DNA of 64,000 nt from an uncultured delta proteobacterium (GTDB lineage Bacteria; Desulfobacterota; Binatia; UBA9968), in NCBI GenBank assembly GCA_963816145.1, contig CAWFJP010000013.1, positions 128,001 through 192,000 on the forward strand. The letters run 5' to 3'. Below the pieces are notes generated by a model. The model was not told the DNA's origin and did no database searches. It saw only the letters and a list, made by a program, of their open reading frames with translations. The translations under genes were made by a program, and so were the position numbers. Below, one piece after another: positions 9,582 through 19,778 of the stretch (within the stretch, counting starts at the first letter, position 1; each line of letters opens with the position of its first letter).

Positions 9582-10538
9582 ATGGAGGTCGATATGAAAC
9601 GGATCAGCGTGCATGGAATCTTCGTCCTCGCTTTCTGGTGGATTGGCGTGCAACCCGCGGCGGCTCAGTCCACGACTCTACACGTCGGCTTCAACGGTTT
9701 TTACGGTGCAGCGCCCCTTTACGTCGCTCAAGACGCCGGCATCTTCCGCAAACACGGATTCACGCTCGAAATGGTTTTTATCGCGGGCGGTTCGCTTTCC
9801 ACGCAGGCGTTGATCGGAAAGAGTCTCGATCTCCTCCAGACCGGCGGCCCGCCTTTTCTGAACGCCTACCTAAGGGGGGCACGGCTCAAGATTATCGCGG
9901 GCGTTACCAATATTCTGCCTTATGTCTTGATAACGGGCAGTCGCATTACCAGCCCAGAGCAGTTGCGTGGCAAAAAGATCGGCATCAGCCGCTTCGGCAG
10001 CAACACCGATTTCGTGGTGCGGCTCGCGCTCGGGCAGCTGGGCTTGAATCCTGCGGACGTGACGGTCCTTCAGGTAGGAGGCTCGCAGTCCCGGTTGGTG
10101 GCGCTCAAAGCCGGAACCATCGACGCGACGGTCCTGAGCCCGGAGGAAGCGCTGGCGGCGCAGAAGGTCGGTTTGAACCCGCTCCTTGACTTCGTCGCCA
10201 AGGGCGTCGAATTCCCTCACGTGTGCATCGTGGCCCGTGAAGAATACCTGCAGGCGCAAGCGCCGCTCGTGAAGCGCTTCATGACCGCTTATGTCGAGGG
10301 GATCCGTTTTTTCAAAACGCGCAAGGAGGAATCGGTGCGTAAAATGATGGTGCTGAGCCGATTAAACGACCGGGAGATCGCGGAGAAAGCGTTTGACGTT
10401 TATAGTCGTTCCCTGCCGGACGATGGCCGACCCACGATGAAGGGGCTCGAATCGGTTCTGGCGGACGTTGCCCGAGACGAGCCGAAAGCCAAAGGTTTGA
10501 ACGTCGCACAAATCGTCGACCTCAGCTTCCTTCCATAA
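9582..10538 (+). CDS. ABC transporter substrate-binding protein, NMT1/THI5/SsuA-like
   Basis: Signal peptide; PLYVAQDAGIFRKHG, LRGKKIGISRFGSNTD, ALKAGTIDA. Confidence 0.9.
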   Translation: MEVDMKRISVHGIFVLAFWWIGVQPAAAQSTTLHVGFNGFYGAAPLYVAQDAGIFRKHGFTLEMVFIAGGSLSTQALIGKSLDLLQTGGPPFLNAYLRGARLKIIAGVTNILPYVLITGSRITSPEQLRGKKIGISRFGSNTDFVVRLALGQLGLNPADVTVLQVGGSQSRLVALKAGTIDATVLSPEEALAAQKVGLNPLLDFVAKGVEFPHVCIVAREEYLQAQAPLVKRFMTAYVEGIRFFKTRKEESVRKMMVLSRLNDREIAEKAFDVYSRSLPDDGRPTMKGLESVLADVARDEPKAKGLNVAQIVDLSFLP

Positions 10539-10546
10539 AATAGCGG

Positions 10547-10666
10547 CGAATGTTCAAATCGTTTATAGCCTGCCCTGAGTTGATCGAAGGATTCAACCAC
10601 TTCGCTCCGTTCAAGCCGTTTGAGTCCAGTGCGTTCCAATCGTTCAAACAGTTCAAGTCGTTCAAT
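10547..10666. repeat. GTTCAA-periodic intergenic repeat, copy B, with an internal CCCTGAGTTGATCGAAGG insert
   Basis: Direct repeat of 9374-9463 with about 30 extra bp. Confidence 0.8.
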
Positions 10667-10684
10667 GGCTGGCCTCCGATAGGA

Positions 10685-11443
10685 TCACCCCGCGCGCATC
10701 TTGAGCAGTATCGGAATATCTGTGGTCCCCTGATACAGACGGAGTTCTTTTTCTTTGCTCTGCGCGGCGAGCATGGCCATGCGGTCGGCGAGTTCGTTGC
10801 CTTCGGTGCCGACATGGGCGGCGACATGGGTAAGGTTGAGCTGTTTCTTGATGCGTAAAAAGATCGCGTAGCAGTCCTGGATAATTTCCAAATTCTTGAT
10901 CTCGCCGCCGGGTTTCTTCCAGCCTCTTTTTTCCCAACCCGGCGCCCAACTGCGAATGCAGTTGATCGAGTACGCCGAGTCGCTGCAAATCTCGACGCTG
11001 TTGCCGATGTTGATTTCCGCTTCGGCCATGCGCAAGGCGTGGTAGAGCGCGTTCAGCTCGGCGGTGTTGTTGGTGCCCATCGGGTGGTATAGGCCAAACC
11101 ACAATTGCGCGAGCTTGCCGGCGCGATAGACGACGATGCCGGAACCGGCATTACCCGGGTTGGGTTCGCAGGCACCGTCGCAATAAATGCTAATGTCGAA
11201 CTGGTGCGCGGTATGCGCGGCCCGATGAGTGCTGTTCCGCGTGCCGGCTTTGGTAACGCCTGCGGTTTTCGACGGATTCGTTGCGCTGGCGCCGCAACCG
11301 AAGGCCTGCTCGGCTTCCGCCCGGGTCGCGAAGGACTTGAAGCGTGCCCCGGCAAACTTGTCGACCGCCCGCTGAGCGGTTGGCCAATCGGTGAAAACAC
11401 CGGTCTGCCGTCCTGACCATACCACGTAGAATTTTTGCGCCAT
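10685..11443 (-). CDS. rnhA: Ribonuclease HI with an N-terminal hybrid-binding (Cauli_VI) domain
   Basis: FYVVWSGRQTGVFTDW N-domain; YCDGAC, TNNTAEL, SDSAY, HVAAHVGTEGNELADR catalytic motifs. Confidence 0.93.
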   Translation of the reverse strand: MAQKFYVVWSGRQTGVFTDWPTAQRAVDKFAGARFKSFATRAEAEQAFGCGASATNPSKTAGVTKAGTRNSTHRAAHTAHQFDISIYCDGACEPNPGNAGSGIVVYRAGKLAQLWFGLYHPMGTNNTAELNALYHALRMAEAEINIGNSVEICSDSAYSINCIRSWAPGWEKRGWKKPGGEIKNLEIIQDCYAIFLRIKKQLNLTHVAAHVGTEGNELADRMAMLAAQSKEKELRLYQGTTDIPILLKMRAG

Positions 11444-11652
11444 GCTGCGTCGATCCGTTTATCTTAGAAATGAGTTCTTCAGGCTTTGGTTTGAATGGTC
11501 TAGCACAGTCGGTTTGATTTTTTCACCACGAAGCACCCAACACGGCAGAGCCGCAACAGATTTAGCAAGAAAATGTCCACCACGAAGTGTCCGTGAGCTT
11601 ACGCCCGTCTACAGAGTATGAAATTCCAGCCCCCCCTGCACGCCCGCCGAGT

Positions 11653-11722
11653 CGTCATCCCGGCGAAGGCCGGCATCCTGGCGACAGAGGGGGGATGGAT
11701 ACCGGCTTTCGCCGGTATGACG
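11653..11722. repeat. REP-like inverted pair
   Basis: CGTCATCCCGGCGAAGGCCGGCATCC ... GGATACCGGCTTTCGCCGGTATGACG; each arm is itself palindromic; CACGAAG motifs nearby (about 11527, 11581, 11781). Confidence 0.8.
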
Positions 11723-11901
11723 GAAGTCCCATGCCAATTCGTCGCCCAGATCGTGCTTGGCATGTACATTCTAAGAAGGACACGAAGAGCACGAAGTTCG
11801 GAGTCTAGATTATTCGAACCCTTCGTTTCCAACGTGGAGAGAACACCTTCAAAGTAAACCCGCAAGCATCTAATAGCGTCAGATTTTGGTTCTAGCAATT
11901 C

Positions 11902-11918
11902 CGCGTCGCCCGGACGCG
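11902..11918 (-). promoter_or_regulatory. Putative bacterial SECIS hairpin for selO
   Basis: Minus strand CGCGTC-CGGGC-GACGCG starts 12 nt after the in-frame TGA at 11933-11931; G at loop position 2. Confidence 0.55.
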
Positions 11919-11921
11919 TGA

Positions 11922-13418
11922 TCAGGTGCCTCAAAAAGTTTGGTAGCGCGCTCCTCCTTCGGTCGCTGGTTCGGCAAAGGCGGCAAACTCTGGCTGATCG
12001 TCGAAAGGATGCTCCAGGATATGCAGCAGTGTTTCGAAAGGCGCGTAATCGCCGCGTTCGACGGCGGCGCTCAAGGCTTCCTCGACGCGCTGATTGCGCG
12101 GAATAAACGCGGGATTAACCCGGCGCATCGCCTGCGCCCGCGCCATGGGGTCCGCCGCCTCGCGCGCCAGGCGCGCCCGCCAGCGGCTGCGCCAGAGATC
12201 ATACGCCGACGGATCGGCAAACAGGGCGCGAATCAATTCGTCGTTGCCTAATGCTGCATCGGCGAGGTAACGGAACGCCAACGTGTAGTCGACGTGCCTG
12301 CCTTCCATGGCGCTGAGAAAGCCGGTGGCGAGGTTGATATCGGCCTCATCCGCGCCGGTCAGTCCCAGCTTGGCGCGCATGCCGGTCAGCCAGTGGCGCT
12401 GGTATTGGTCCGGAAAGGCATGAATCACATCGGTGGCGCGGGCGATGGCACGATTATTATCCTCATCGATCAGCGGTAGCAGCGTCTCGGCGAGCCGCGC
12501 CAGGTTCCACTGCGCGATGCTGGGCTGATTGGCGTAGGCGTAGCGGCCTCGCGTGTCGATGGAGCTGAAGACCGTTGCCGGATCGTAATGATCCATGAAG
12601 GCGCATGGGCCGTAGTCGATGGTCTCGCCTGAGATCGCCATATTGTCGGTGTTCATCACGCCATGGATGAAGCCGACATGCATCCAGCTGGCGACGAGAG
12701 CCGCTTGGCGGTCGCACACGCGCTCAAGCAATTCCAAGTAGGGGGCCGTGCGGCGTTTCAATTCCGGGTAGTGGCGCTCGATCACGTAATCGGCCAAACG
12801 GCGCACCTTGTCTTGTTCGCCGCGGGCGGCGAATAGTTGAAATGTGCCGACACGGATGTGGCTCGCGGCGATGCGCGTCAAAACCGCGCCCGGTAGCGCG
12901 GTCTCTCGATAGACCGGCTCGCCGGTGACTACTGCAGCGAGCGCCCGAGTCGTCGGGATACCCAGCGCGTGCATCGCTTCACCGATCAAATATTCCCGCA
13001 ATACCGGCCCGAGCGCCGCCCGACCGTCGCCCCTGCGCGAAAAAGGCGTGGGCCCTGAACCTTTGAGCTGAATGTCGCGACGCCGTCCGTTGCGGTCGAT
13101 TACCTCCCCCAGGAGCAGCGCGCGGCCGTCGCCCAGTTGCGGCGAGAAGCCGCCGAACTGATGGCCGGCGTAGGCTTGCGCTAGCGGCAGCGCTCCTCCG
13201 GGCGTCTCGTTGCCGGCAAAAATCCTGGCGCCTTCATCGGAATCGAGGGCCGCGGCGTCGAGCCCCAATTCATCGGCCAACTGAGGGTTGAATTTGACCA
13301 TCCTCGGCTGCGCCACTTGCGCTGCCTTCCACGGCACGTAGAGACCCTCGAGTGCGCGCGCGTAGGTGTTGTCGAAGACAAAGCGTGCGGCGCTGGTTTG
13401 GTTAGGGACTTGCGTCAT
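11922..13418 (-). CDS. selO: Protein adenylyltransferase SelO/YdiU with a putative C-terminal Sec (YQTF-U-GT)
   Basis: AYAGHQFG...QLGDGRA, QLKGSGPTPFSRRGDGRA, GFIHGVMNTDN, TIDYGP; the ORF track stops at TGA 11931 but GGC ACC TGA follows, matching the usual TFCGT end. Confidence 0.92.
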
Positions 13419-13604
13419 TGGCTTATTCCTTGGTCAGAGGGATCAGCGTCTCCTCGGCTCTCATTGTTCGCGAAATCAATAGAAATATCTAGAGCCGTTC
13501 GGAAGCACGGGCCGATTCCTCAGCATGACGCGCCCCTGGCGGCCAGTAAACTCGGCCACTTGGAATTTTTGACTTTGATGACGCCGCTCTGGTGATCGAA
13601 CGGT

Positions 13605-14585
13605 TTATGGCTTCCAACCAGCTTGGGTCAACTCGCTGTCGGCTTTCTTGGCAAAACTGAAATCGTAGGCGCGCTCGATGGCCACTTCCTTGGCGCCTTT
13701 GAGGACCTCGCGAACGATGTCGAGATCGTTTTTCTGGGTTTCTTCGTCGACCACGCCATTGGCGGTGAATGTACCGATCATGCCGTCGTAGGTGCGCGCG
13801 GCGAGATCTCTGTCCAACTCGGAGAATTTCATCATCGCCTCCATGGCGACCTCGCGGTTCTGCTTGACCAGGCGCAGGGCTTTGAGCAGGGCACGCGTGA
13901 ATCCTTGCATCAACTTGGGCTTGGTTTTGATGAATTGATCGTTGGTTGCGATGGTGCCCCAGGAATTTTTCACTTCTTTGCCGAGATACAGGATCTCTTT
14001 CATGCCTTGATCGAGGGCGGCAAAGCGTTCCTCCGAACTCAATAGCCCGGCATCCACGACTCCCGACTGAAGCGCCGCGAGGCGCTGCCCCGGCGGCAGG
14101 GCGAGAAAGGTCAAATCCTTGTTGGCGTCGAGGCCGTACTTTGCCGCAACCTTTTTCAACATAAACGTCGCCACCGCGGCGACGCCGGTTACGGCGATCT
14201 TCTTATTCTTCAGGTCTTTGAAAGCGCTGTACTGGGGCCGAACCATCAGCCATTGGAGCACCTGATCGGTGATGGCCAAGACGGTTTTTAGTGGCGCGTT
14301 GCCTTGAGTGACGGCGACCAGGGCGCTGCTGCCGGAACCGGTGAAATCCATTTCTCCGGCGAGCACCGCCTGAAGGCCGGGGGTGGAGGCCATGATGACG
14401 GTGTTGAGGTCGATCCCTTCCTCTTTCATGTAACCCCGCTCCTTGGCGAGCGGAAAGATAATGAATTGAAACGATTTCGACGGCAGGGTGACGTTGATTC
14501 TATCGAGGGCAAACACCGATTTGCCGGGCAGCAACAACATGCCGATCAGCAGCGGCGCGATCATCGACAGAGTGATTTTTTTCAT
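13605..14585 (-). CDS. ABC transporter substrate-binding protein, NMT1/THI5-like
   Basis: Signal peptide; LAKERGYMKEEGID, DLKNKKIAV, AALQSGVVDAG. Confidence 0.88.
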   Translation of the reverse strand: MKKITLSMIAPLLIGMLLLPGKSVFALDRINVTLPSKSFQFIIFPLAKERGYMKEEGIDLNTVIMASTPGLQAVLAGEMDFTGSGSSALVAVTQGNAPLKTVLAITDQVLQWLMVRPQYSAFKDLKNKKIAVTGVAAVATFMLKKVAAKYGLDANKDLTFLALPPGQRLAALQSGVVDAGLLSSEERFAALDQGMKEILYLGKEVKNSWGTIATNDQFIKTKPKLMQGFTRALLKALRLVKQNREVAMEAMMKFSELDRDLAARTYDGMIGTFTANGVVDEETQKNDLDIVREVLKGAKEVAIERAYDFSFAKKADSELTQAGWKP

Positions 14586-14782
14586 CGTTCAGTCCCTCCT
14601 GAAAATAGGCTACCGAGCAGGCACCGAAAACGTTTGACGCCCACATTATAAAAGCCAATTCTCTATGTCGAGGGGGAATTTTGCCGTTGAAAGGGGATGG
14701 GCTCGATCTGTTCCGGATTTCTCAGCGATCCAGCGTTTGCGCTGGTTCTATCAGTTCCGGATGTTGTTTGAAGCGCTCGCTT

Positions 14783-15802
14783 CTAAACGGCGTCGGCGAG
14801 CCGGTAGAGCAAGGCTTTGGTTTCCTCGAATCCGAGGCAGGCATCGGTAATGCTCTGACCGTATGTGACGGGGGAGTTCTGACGGCCGGCGACCAGGTGG
14901 CTCTCGATCATCAGCGCTCGAACCGGCGAAGTTCTCAGGTTCTTCATGATCGCGTCGGCCACATCGATCTGTCGGGCGGCGTCCTTGCCGCTGTTACCGT
15001 GGCTGCAGTCAACCATCACGATTTCGGCAAGATGCGCCGCGCGAAGCAGTCGCACTGCAGCTTCGATAGAAACCACATCGAAGTTCGGTCCGGTCTCGCT
15101 GCCGCCGCGAAGCACGAGATGCGCGTATGGATTGCCGGTGGTTTCCAGGATGGCAGGGGCGCCTTCCTTGGTGAGGGAGGGGAACAGGTGGCGGCTCCGG
15201 GCGGCCTGAATTGCGTCTACGGCCACCTGGACGTTACCGTCGGTGCGGTTCTTGATACCGACTGGCATCGACAAACCCGACGCCAGCTCTCGATGGATTT
15301 GGCTCTCAGCGGTGCGTGCGCCGATGGCGCCCCAGCTGATCAGATCGGTGTAGAACTGGCCGAAGGTGGTGTCGAGAAACTCGGTGCCGGCGGCGACGCC
15401 CAGCTCGAGAATATCGGCGAGCAACTGGCGTGCGAGCCGGAGGCCCTTGTTGATGTGATACGATTCATCTAAATCCGGATCGTTGATGAGCCCTTTCCAG
15501 CCGACGACCGTGCGCGGCTTTTCGAAGTAGACGCGCATGACAATCAGCAGCGCATCGGCGAGCGCGTCCGCAATCGGGCTGAGTTTACTCGCGTATTCGA
15601 GCGCGGCCCTGGTGTCGTGGATGGAACAAGGCCCGACGATCACTAGGAGCCGCGCATCCTTGCCGTCCAGAATCGCCTCGATGGCGCGGCGCGACTCGTA
15701 GACTTTTCCTGATGCAGCCTCGGTAAGTGGGATCTCCTCGGCAAGTATCGCCGGTGCGAGCAGGGGATGGGTTTTAACGATGCGTAGATCGTCGGTTTTC
15801 AT
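14783..15802 (-). CDS. DAHP synthase, class I-alpha (AroF/G/H family)
   Basis: GPCSIHD, RVYFEKPRT, WGAIGART, DCSHGNS, YGQSITDAC; start at MKTDDLRI. Confidence 0.95.
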   Translation of the reverse strand: MKTDDLRIVKTHPLLAPAILAEEIPLTEAASGKVYESRRAIEAILDGKDARLLVIVGPCSIHDTRAALEYASKLSPIADALADALLIVMRVYFEKPRTVVGWKGLINDPDLDESYHINKGLRLARQLLADILELGVAAGTEFLDTTFGQFYTDLISWGAIGARTAESQIHRELASGLSMPVGIKNRTDGNVQVAVDAIQAARSRHLFPSLTKEGAPAILETTGNPYAHLVLRGGSETGPNFDVVSIEAAVRLLRAAHLAEIVMVDCSHGNSGKDAARQIDVADAIMKNLRTSPVRALMIESHLVAGRQNSPVTYGQSITDACLGFEETKALLYRLADAV

Positions 15803-16007
15803 AGTCCGGGTTGCGTCAGCGGATACCCTAGAATTCTGCTGACCGCCGAGCGTCGCCGCCGTTCCAAAAACACAGTGGAATCGCCGGCGGAGCAAGGTGA
15901 ATCCGATTCGGCATTTCAATAGAGGGTAGTCGATTACGAGAAATTCTGTCAATCGAAGACCCAGACCCGTAGGATTGAAATTTGTCCTGAATCCAAAACT
16001 ACAAGAT

Positions 16008-16811
16008 TTATTTCAATCCGCTATTCAGCAACCAGGCCAATCTGAGACCGGCCTGAACGAGCCTGGTTTTTACAATCGAGCGGGCGTTCTCCACGTAATC
16101 GTCGGAGAGCTCGCCTGACGGTCCGGTGGGGTACGCGTGCGACCGGACCAGTGTCAACGATTCATCGGTCCACTGTTTGGGATCGCCGGCTTGCCATTGG
16201 AGACGCTCTTCTTCGGTGCGATTCGCGGTCAGCCGTTTGGCGATTTCCTCCTCATCGCCGGGTTCCAGCTCGACCAGCTCTCGGTCCCAGAAATAGTGCA
16301 GATTGGTCGACTGTTCCCTGTAGGAAATACGAATATCGACTCCGCCGCGATCGGCGGCGCGACCGGCGTGAAGCGGCTGGTGCATGTCGCCGACCAGGTG
16401 TGCGACGAACCGCAGGGCGAATCTCCTCGTCACGACCGGCGCGTTGTTATCAGCGACGACGGCAGAAAACCAGGCGAGAGCTTCGACCATGCAGTTTCGC
16501 TCCGGGCAGTCGCGTGGTCGATCGTAACCGGCGGCGTGCTCGGGAATGCTGACATAATGCAGCGGATCGAAATCGTGTATGGTTCGCCCCTCGTGATCCG
16601 GCCAGACGGAGGCGTCCGCGAGCGTCGTGTTGGCGGGAAGGATTTTTTCAATCTCGGTGCGCGCGGCAGCCGTGAGATACGCCTGAGCGATCAAACCGAC
16701 GACTCGATGGCCTTTGTCGAACCAGGAAAAAGCCGGCGTAACTAGGAGCAGATCGAAGAGCACTAAAGTCGCGAGGAAGGTAGCTGGCAAAGGAGCGAGC
16801 GCGGTCGGCAT
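16008..16811 (-). CDS. S1/P1 nuclease (secreted)
   Basis: Signal peptide then WFDKGH; WPD; HLVGDMHQPLH; NLHYFWD. Confidence 0.93.
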   Translation of the reverse strand: MPTALAPLPATFLATLVLFDLLLVTPAFSWFDKGHRVVGLIAQAYLTAAARTEIEKILPANTTLADASVWPDHEGRTIHDFDPLHYVSIPEHAAGYDRPRDCPERNCMVEALAWFSAVVADNNAPVVTRRFALRFVAHLVGDMHQPLHAGRAADRGGVDIRISYREQSTNLHYFWDRELVELEPGDEEEIAKRLTANRTEEERLQWQAGDPKQWTDESLTLVRSHAYPTGPSGELSDDYVENARSIVKTRLVQAGLRLAWLLNSGLK

Positions 16812-16904
16812 TATGAAATCAGTATTTTTTTATTTTCGATTTTGGATTGAGCCCGACAGATCTTCAATTAAAAATCCGAATCGGGGACAAGGACGGATGC
16901 TTGA

Positions 16905-17312
16905 TTAGGGGTTGGTATACATTGCTCTGCGATCCCGCAGCGCCAGCCAGCCGCGAACGATCCGGTAGATGACCCACACGCCGGCGCCGATGAAAACTCC
17001 GACCGCGAGCGGAATGCCGATCAACGTCACAAACAGAAAGCCACCGAGCAGGCACCAGAGCAGGCCGAACCAAAAGGTCCGAATCTGCCAGCGAAAGTGG
17101 GACTCGAGAAAGCTGCCGCGCGCCTCGCCTCGCTTCAAGTAGTTGATGACCACGGCGATGATCGAGGGCATGCCAAAGACGAAGGCGCCGATGATGGTCG
17201 CGGCGGTGGTTATGCCGATCAGCAGGCTCAGGGCGTGCAGGGCGTAGACCAGGTGTGTGACGGTGACGAGGGAGGGTGCTGGGTCGGCGTTGATTGGAAT
17301 TGGTTCGGCCAT
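16905..17312 (-). CDS. Membrane protein, DUF4870-like
   Basis: LVYALH...INYLKR...SHFRWQIRTFW...WVIYRIVRGW; 3-4 TM helices. Confidence 0.8.
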   Translation of the reverse strand: MAEPIPINADPAPSLVTVTHLVYALHALSLLIGITTAATIIGAFVFGMPSIIAVVINYLKRGEARGSFLESHFRWQIRTFWFGLLWCLLGGFLFVTLIGIPLAVGVFIGAGVWVIYRIVRGWLALRDRRAMYTNP

Positions 17313-17575
17313 GAGCGTTACCTCTCAGCGACTCACATTGTCATCCTGATCGACGATCGTCGCTAAATCAAGCCTATGGGGATTGGCCTTACGGTCTGCT
17401 GTTGTTCGCGTCGCGGAGGAGCTCGACGATGATACAAACGATTGTTGACAGAAGGGCGAGGCAGCATAAACCATGGCGAGTTTGGAATTCGGCAATCAGG
17501 GAATCTCGTGCCGGCTAAAATACCGCTGCTCATCTACGGCTTCAGATTAACCGCTATCTGTTTGTCGTGGGGTTT

Positions 17576-19321
17576 TCATTGCGGCAAAACTTCCGTGCGT
17601 TGCTTCAAGCGTTGCAGCTCTTGCTCGCAATGGAACTTGAACCCATCGCCGTCCTTCACGGCGCGCGTGATCAGGTCGGCCATATGACGCGCTGAATGCA
17701 GGCGCGCGATGTAAACGAAGTCGGCGCCCTGCTCGTAGAGTTCGATAGCCGACGAAATGCCGTCGGCGGCCACGATCACCCGCGCGTGCGGGCTAAGCCG
17801 CCGCGCCTGCTGCAGCAGCCGAAGATTGGACGTCCCGCGCAAGATCGCATCCGAGATCGTGCACGCAACGATCTTCGCCGAATGAATCTGGGCGTGATGC
17901 AGCGTGTCCATATGCGCAACGTCGCCGTAGAGACATTTGATGTCCCGCCGCTTGAGTTCTTGAAGCACCTGAGGATTGAAGTCGATCACCAAAATCTCGC
18001 CGAGGATTCCGCCGCCCTCCGCCCCGTTCGAGCTCGCCTCGATCTCGTGAAGAATGGAGCTGGCCTCGCGGAAGCAGCCGAGAAACACGATGGCATTTTC
18101 CGACGCCGCGTCGCCAAGGTCGTCGTTGTCCACGCCGTTGGAGAGTCCGAGCTTCAATAGAAGCGGGGTGAGCCGGCGCTGGATTTCGTGGTTGTAAGCG
18201 ATCAGGTATGTCGACAAAATCGAAGTGATGGCAAAGACAAAAGTGAGCGTCGCCATCAGTTCGGCGCTGATGTGTTTTAACGCCAGCCCCAATGCGGCGA
18301 TGACCAGTGAGAACTCGCTCATCTGCGCGAGATTGATGGACGGTATCAGGCTCGCTCGCAGGCCGTTGCCGAGCCCGTAAAGCACCGGAAAAACCGCGAC
18401 CAGGCGACTGGCCAGGACAAAAAGCGACATGCCGACGGCGCCACTGACGATTGCCAGCGTCGGCTGGGGGATTTGCATTCCAAGCGCGACGAAAAATAGC
18501 GTGACGAAAAAATCCCGGATATTGGTGACCTTTGCGACGACGTCGACGTTGTACGGAAAGGTAGACATGCCGACGCCCGCGATGAGAGCGCCCATCTCGC
18601 GGGAAAGCCCGAGGCCGGCAGCCGCGCCGCTCACCAAAAAACACCAGGCCAGAGCCGCGATCAACATAAGCTCCGGGACCTTGGCGGCGAAAGAAAACAA
18701 GCGCGGCAGCACGTACCGGCTCAAGCCCAAGGCCATGAGCACGAGCCCAGCACCTTTGATGAACGACTCCAGAAGAGTGCCGAGATGAGGATTGTAGAGG
18801 TTGGGCTGGAGCGCGAGAAAAGCGATGGCCCAGATATCCTGACACACCAGCACGCCGAGGGTAATCCGGCCGGGCAGGGTGGTGAGTTCAAATTTATCGT
18901 AGAGCAACTTGACGACGATCAGCGTGCTGCTCAACGCCAGGGTTACGGCCAAGTAAAGCCAATCGAAATTGCCGCGGCCCGGCGTAAATCCCATCAGAAA
19001 CGCCAGGACGATGCCGAGCCCAACACAGAGGAGAAATTGACTAATGCCCGTGACGAGCAAGGTCCGACCGGCGCTGAGAAGCTTTTTCAGGTCGATCTCT
19101 AATCCGATCATAAATAGGAGAAGAATTAAGCCGGTTTCGGAAATCAGCTCGATGGCTTCCTTATCCTTGATCCAGGCAAACCCGCTCTCAGGACCGATAG
19201 CGACGCCAGCGATCAGGTAGGCAAGAATCAAAGGTTGCTTGAAAAACTTGGCAACGAAAGCGAAGCCGGTCGCGATTACAAAGACCAGCGCTATATTCGA
19301 GAGAAGGCTCTGATGCTCCAC
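17576..19321 (-). CDS. CPA2 cation:proton antiporter with a TrkA-N/RCK domain (KefC-like)
   Basis: LLFMIGLE, LALSST, LVCQDI, AQMSEFS; C-terminal IDFNP...YGD; GTG start at 19321 inferred. Confidence 0.9.
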   Translation of the reverse strand: MEHQSLLSNIALVFVIATGFAFVAKFFKQPLILAYLIAGVAIGPESGFAWIKDKEAIELISETGLILLLFMIGLEIDLKKLLSAGRTLLVTGISQFLLCVGLGIVLAFLMGFTPGRGNFDWLYLAVTLALSSTLIVVKLLYDKFELTTLPGRITLGVLVCQDIWAIAFLALQPNLYNPHLGTLLESFIKGAGLVLMALGLSRYVLPRLFSFAAKVPELMLIAALAWCFLVSGAAAGLGLSREMGALIAGVGMSTFPYNVDVVAKVTNIRDFFVTLFFVALGMQIPQPTLAIVSGAVGMSLFVLASRLVAVFPVLYGLGNGLRASLIPSINLAQMSEFSLVIAALGLALKHISAELMATLTFVFAITSILSTYLIAYNHEIQRRLTPLLLKLGLSNGVDNDDLGDAASENAIVFLGCFREASSILHEIEASSNGAEGGGILGEILVIDFNPQVLQELKRRDIKCLYGDVAHMDTLHHAQIHSAKIVACTISDAILRGTSNLRLLQQARRLSPHARVIVAADGISSAIELYEQGADFVYIARLHSARHMADLITRAVKDGDGFKFHCEQELQRLKQRTEVLPQ

Positions 19322-19560
19322 GGCAGGATCATTACTGCAAAGCGGACAAAAAGCGAGAGGACGGCGCAAAGCGCATGCACCTCGCAAGGAGGTGCCCGAC
19401 GCTGGTGTTGTTCAGAAACCCATTCGCACAAAATTCGCCGAGAGTGTCCGTAGTTTTTTGCGCCGCGCTCGTGTTGGTTGGTAAGATCTCTGCTGGTCAT
19501 GGCGAGCTTGGCACGACAAGCGTTGTCGATTCTGACTTAGAGCGGGGAGAAAGTGTTGTC

Positions 19561-19775
19561 CATGGCGGAGTGGGGAAATGGCGCAATGGAGTAATGGAGT
19601 AATGGAATAAAGGGCCTCTTGAACGATGCTGAGTGTTTGTCGTTTTTTAGTGCGGCTGCTCGGTTAAGCGAAAGTAATTTCTCGCTGTGCTCGAAATGAC
19701 AAGATTGCTGGGCATTGCGTGTATTAGATACCCAGACTCGACGCCGTCCGAACCCAATACTCCACCACCCCATTC
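19561..19775. repeat. Intergenic repeat cluster (GGAGTAAT 8-mers, GTCATTTCGAG-type REP arm, TACTCC motif)
   Basis: ATGGAGTAATGGAGTAATGGA at about 19586-19606; ATTTCTCGCTGTGCTCGAAATGACA at about 19677-19701. Confidence 0.6.
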
Positions 19776-19778
19776 TTT

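Noticed and set aside
9374-10666. CRISPR array
   Set aside because: Short degenerate units without unique equal-length spacers; no cas genes
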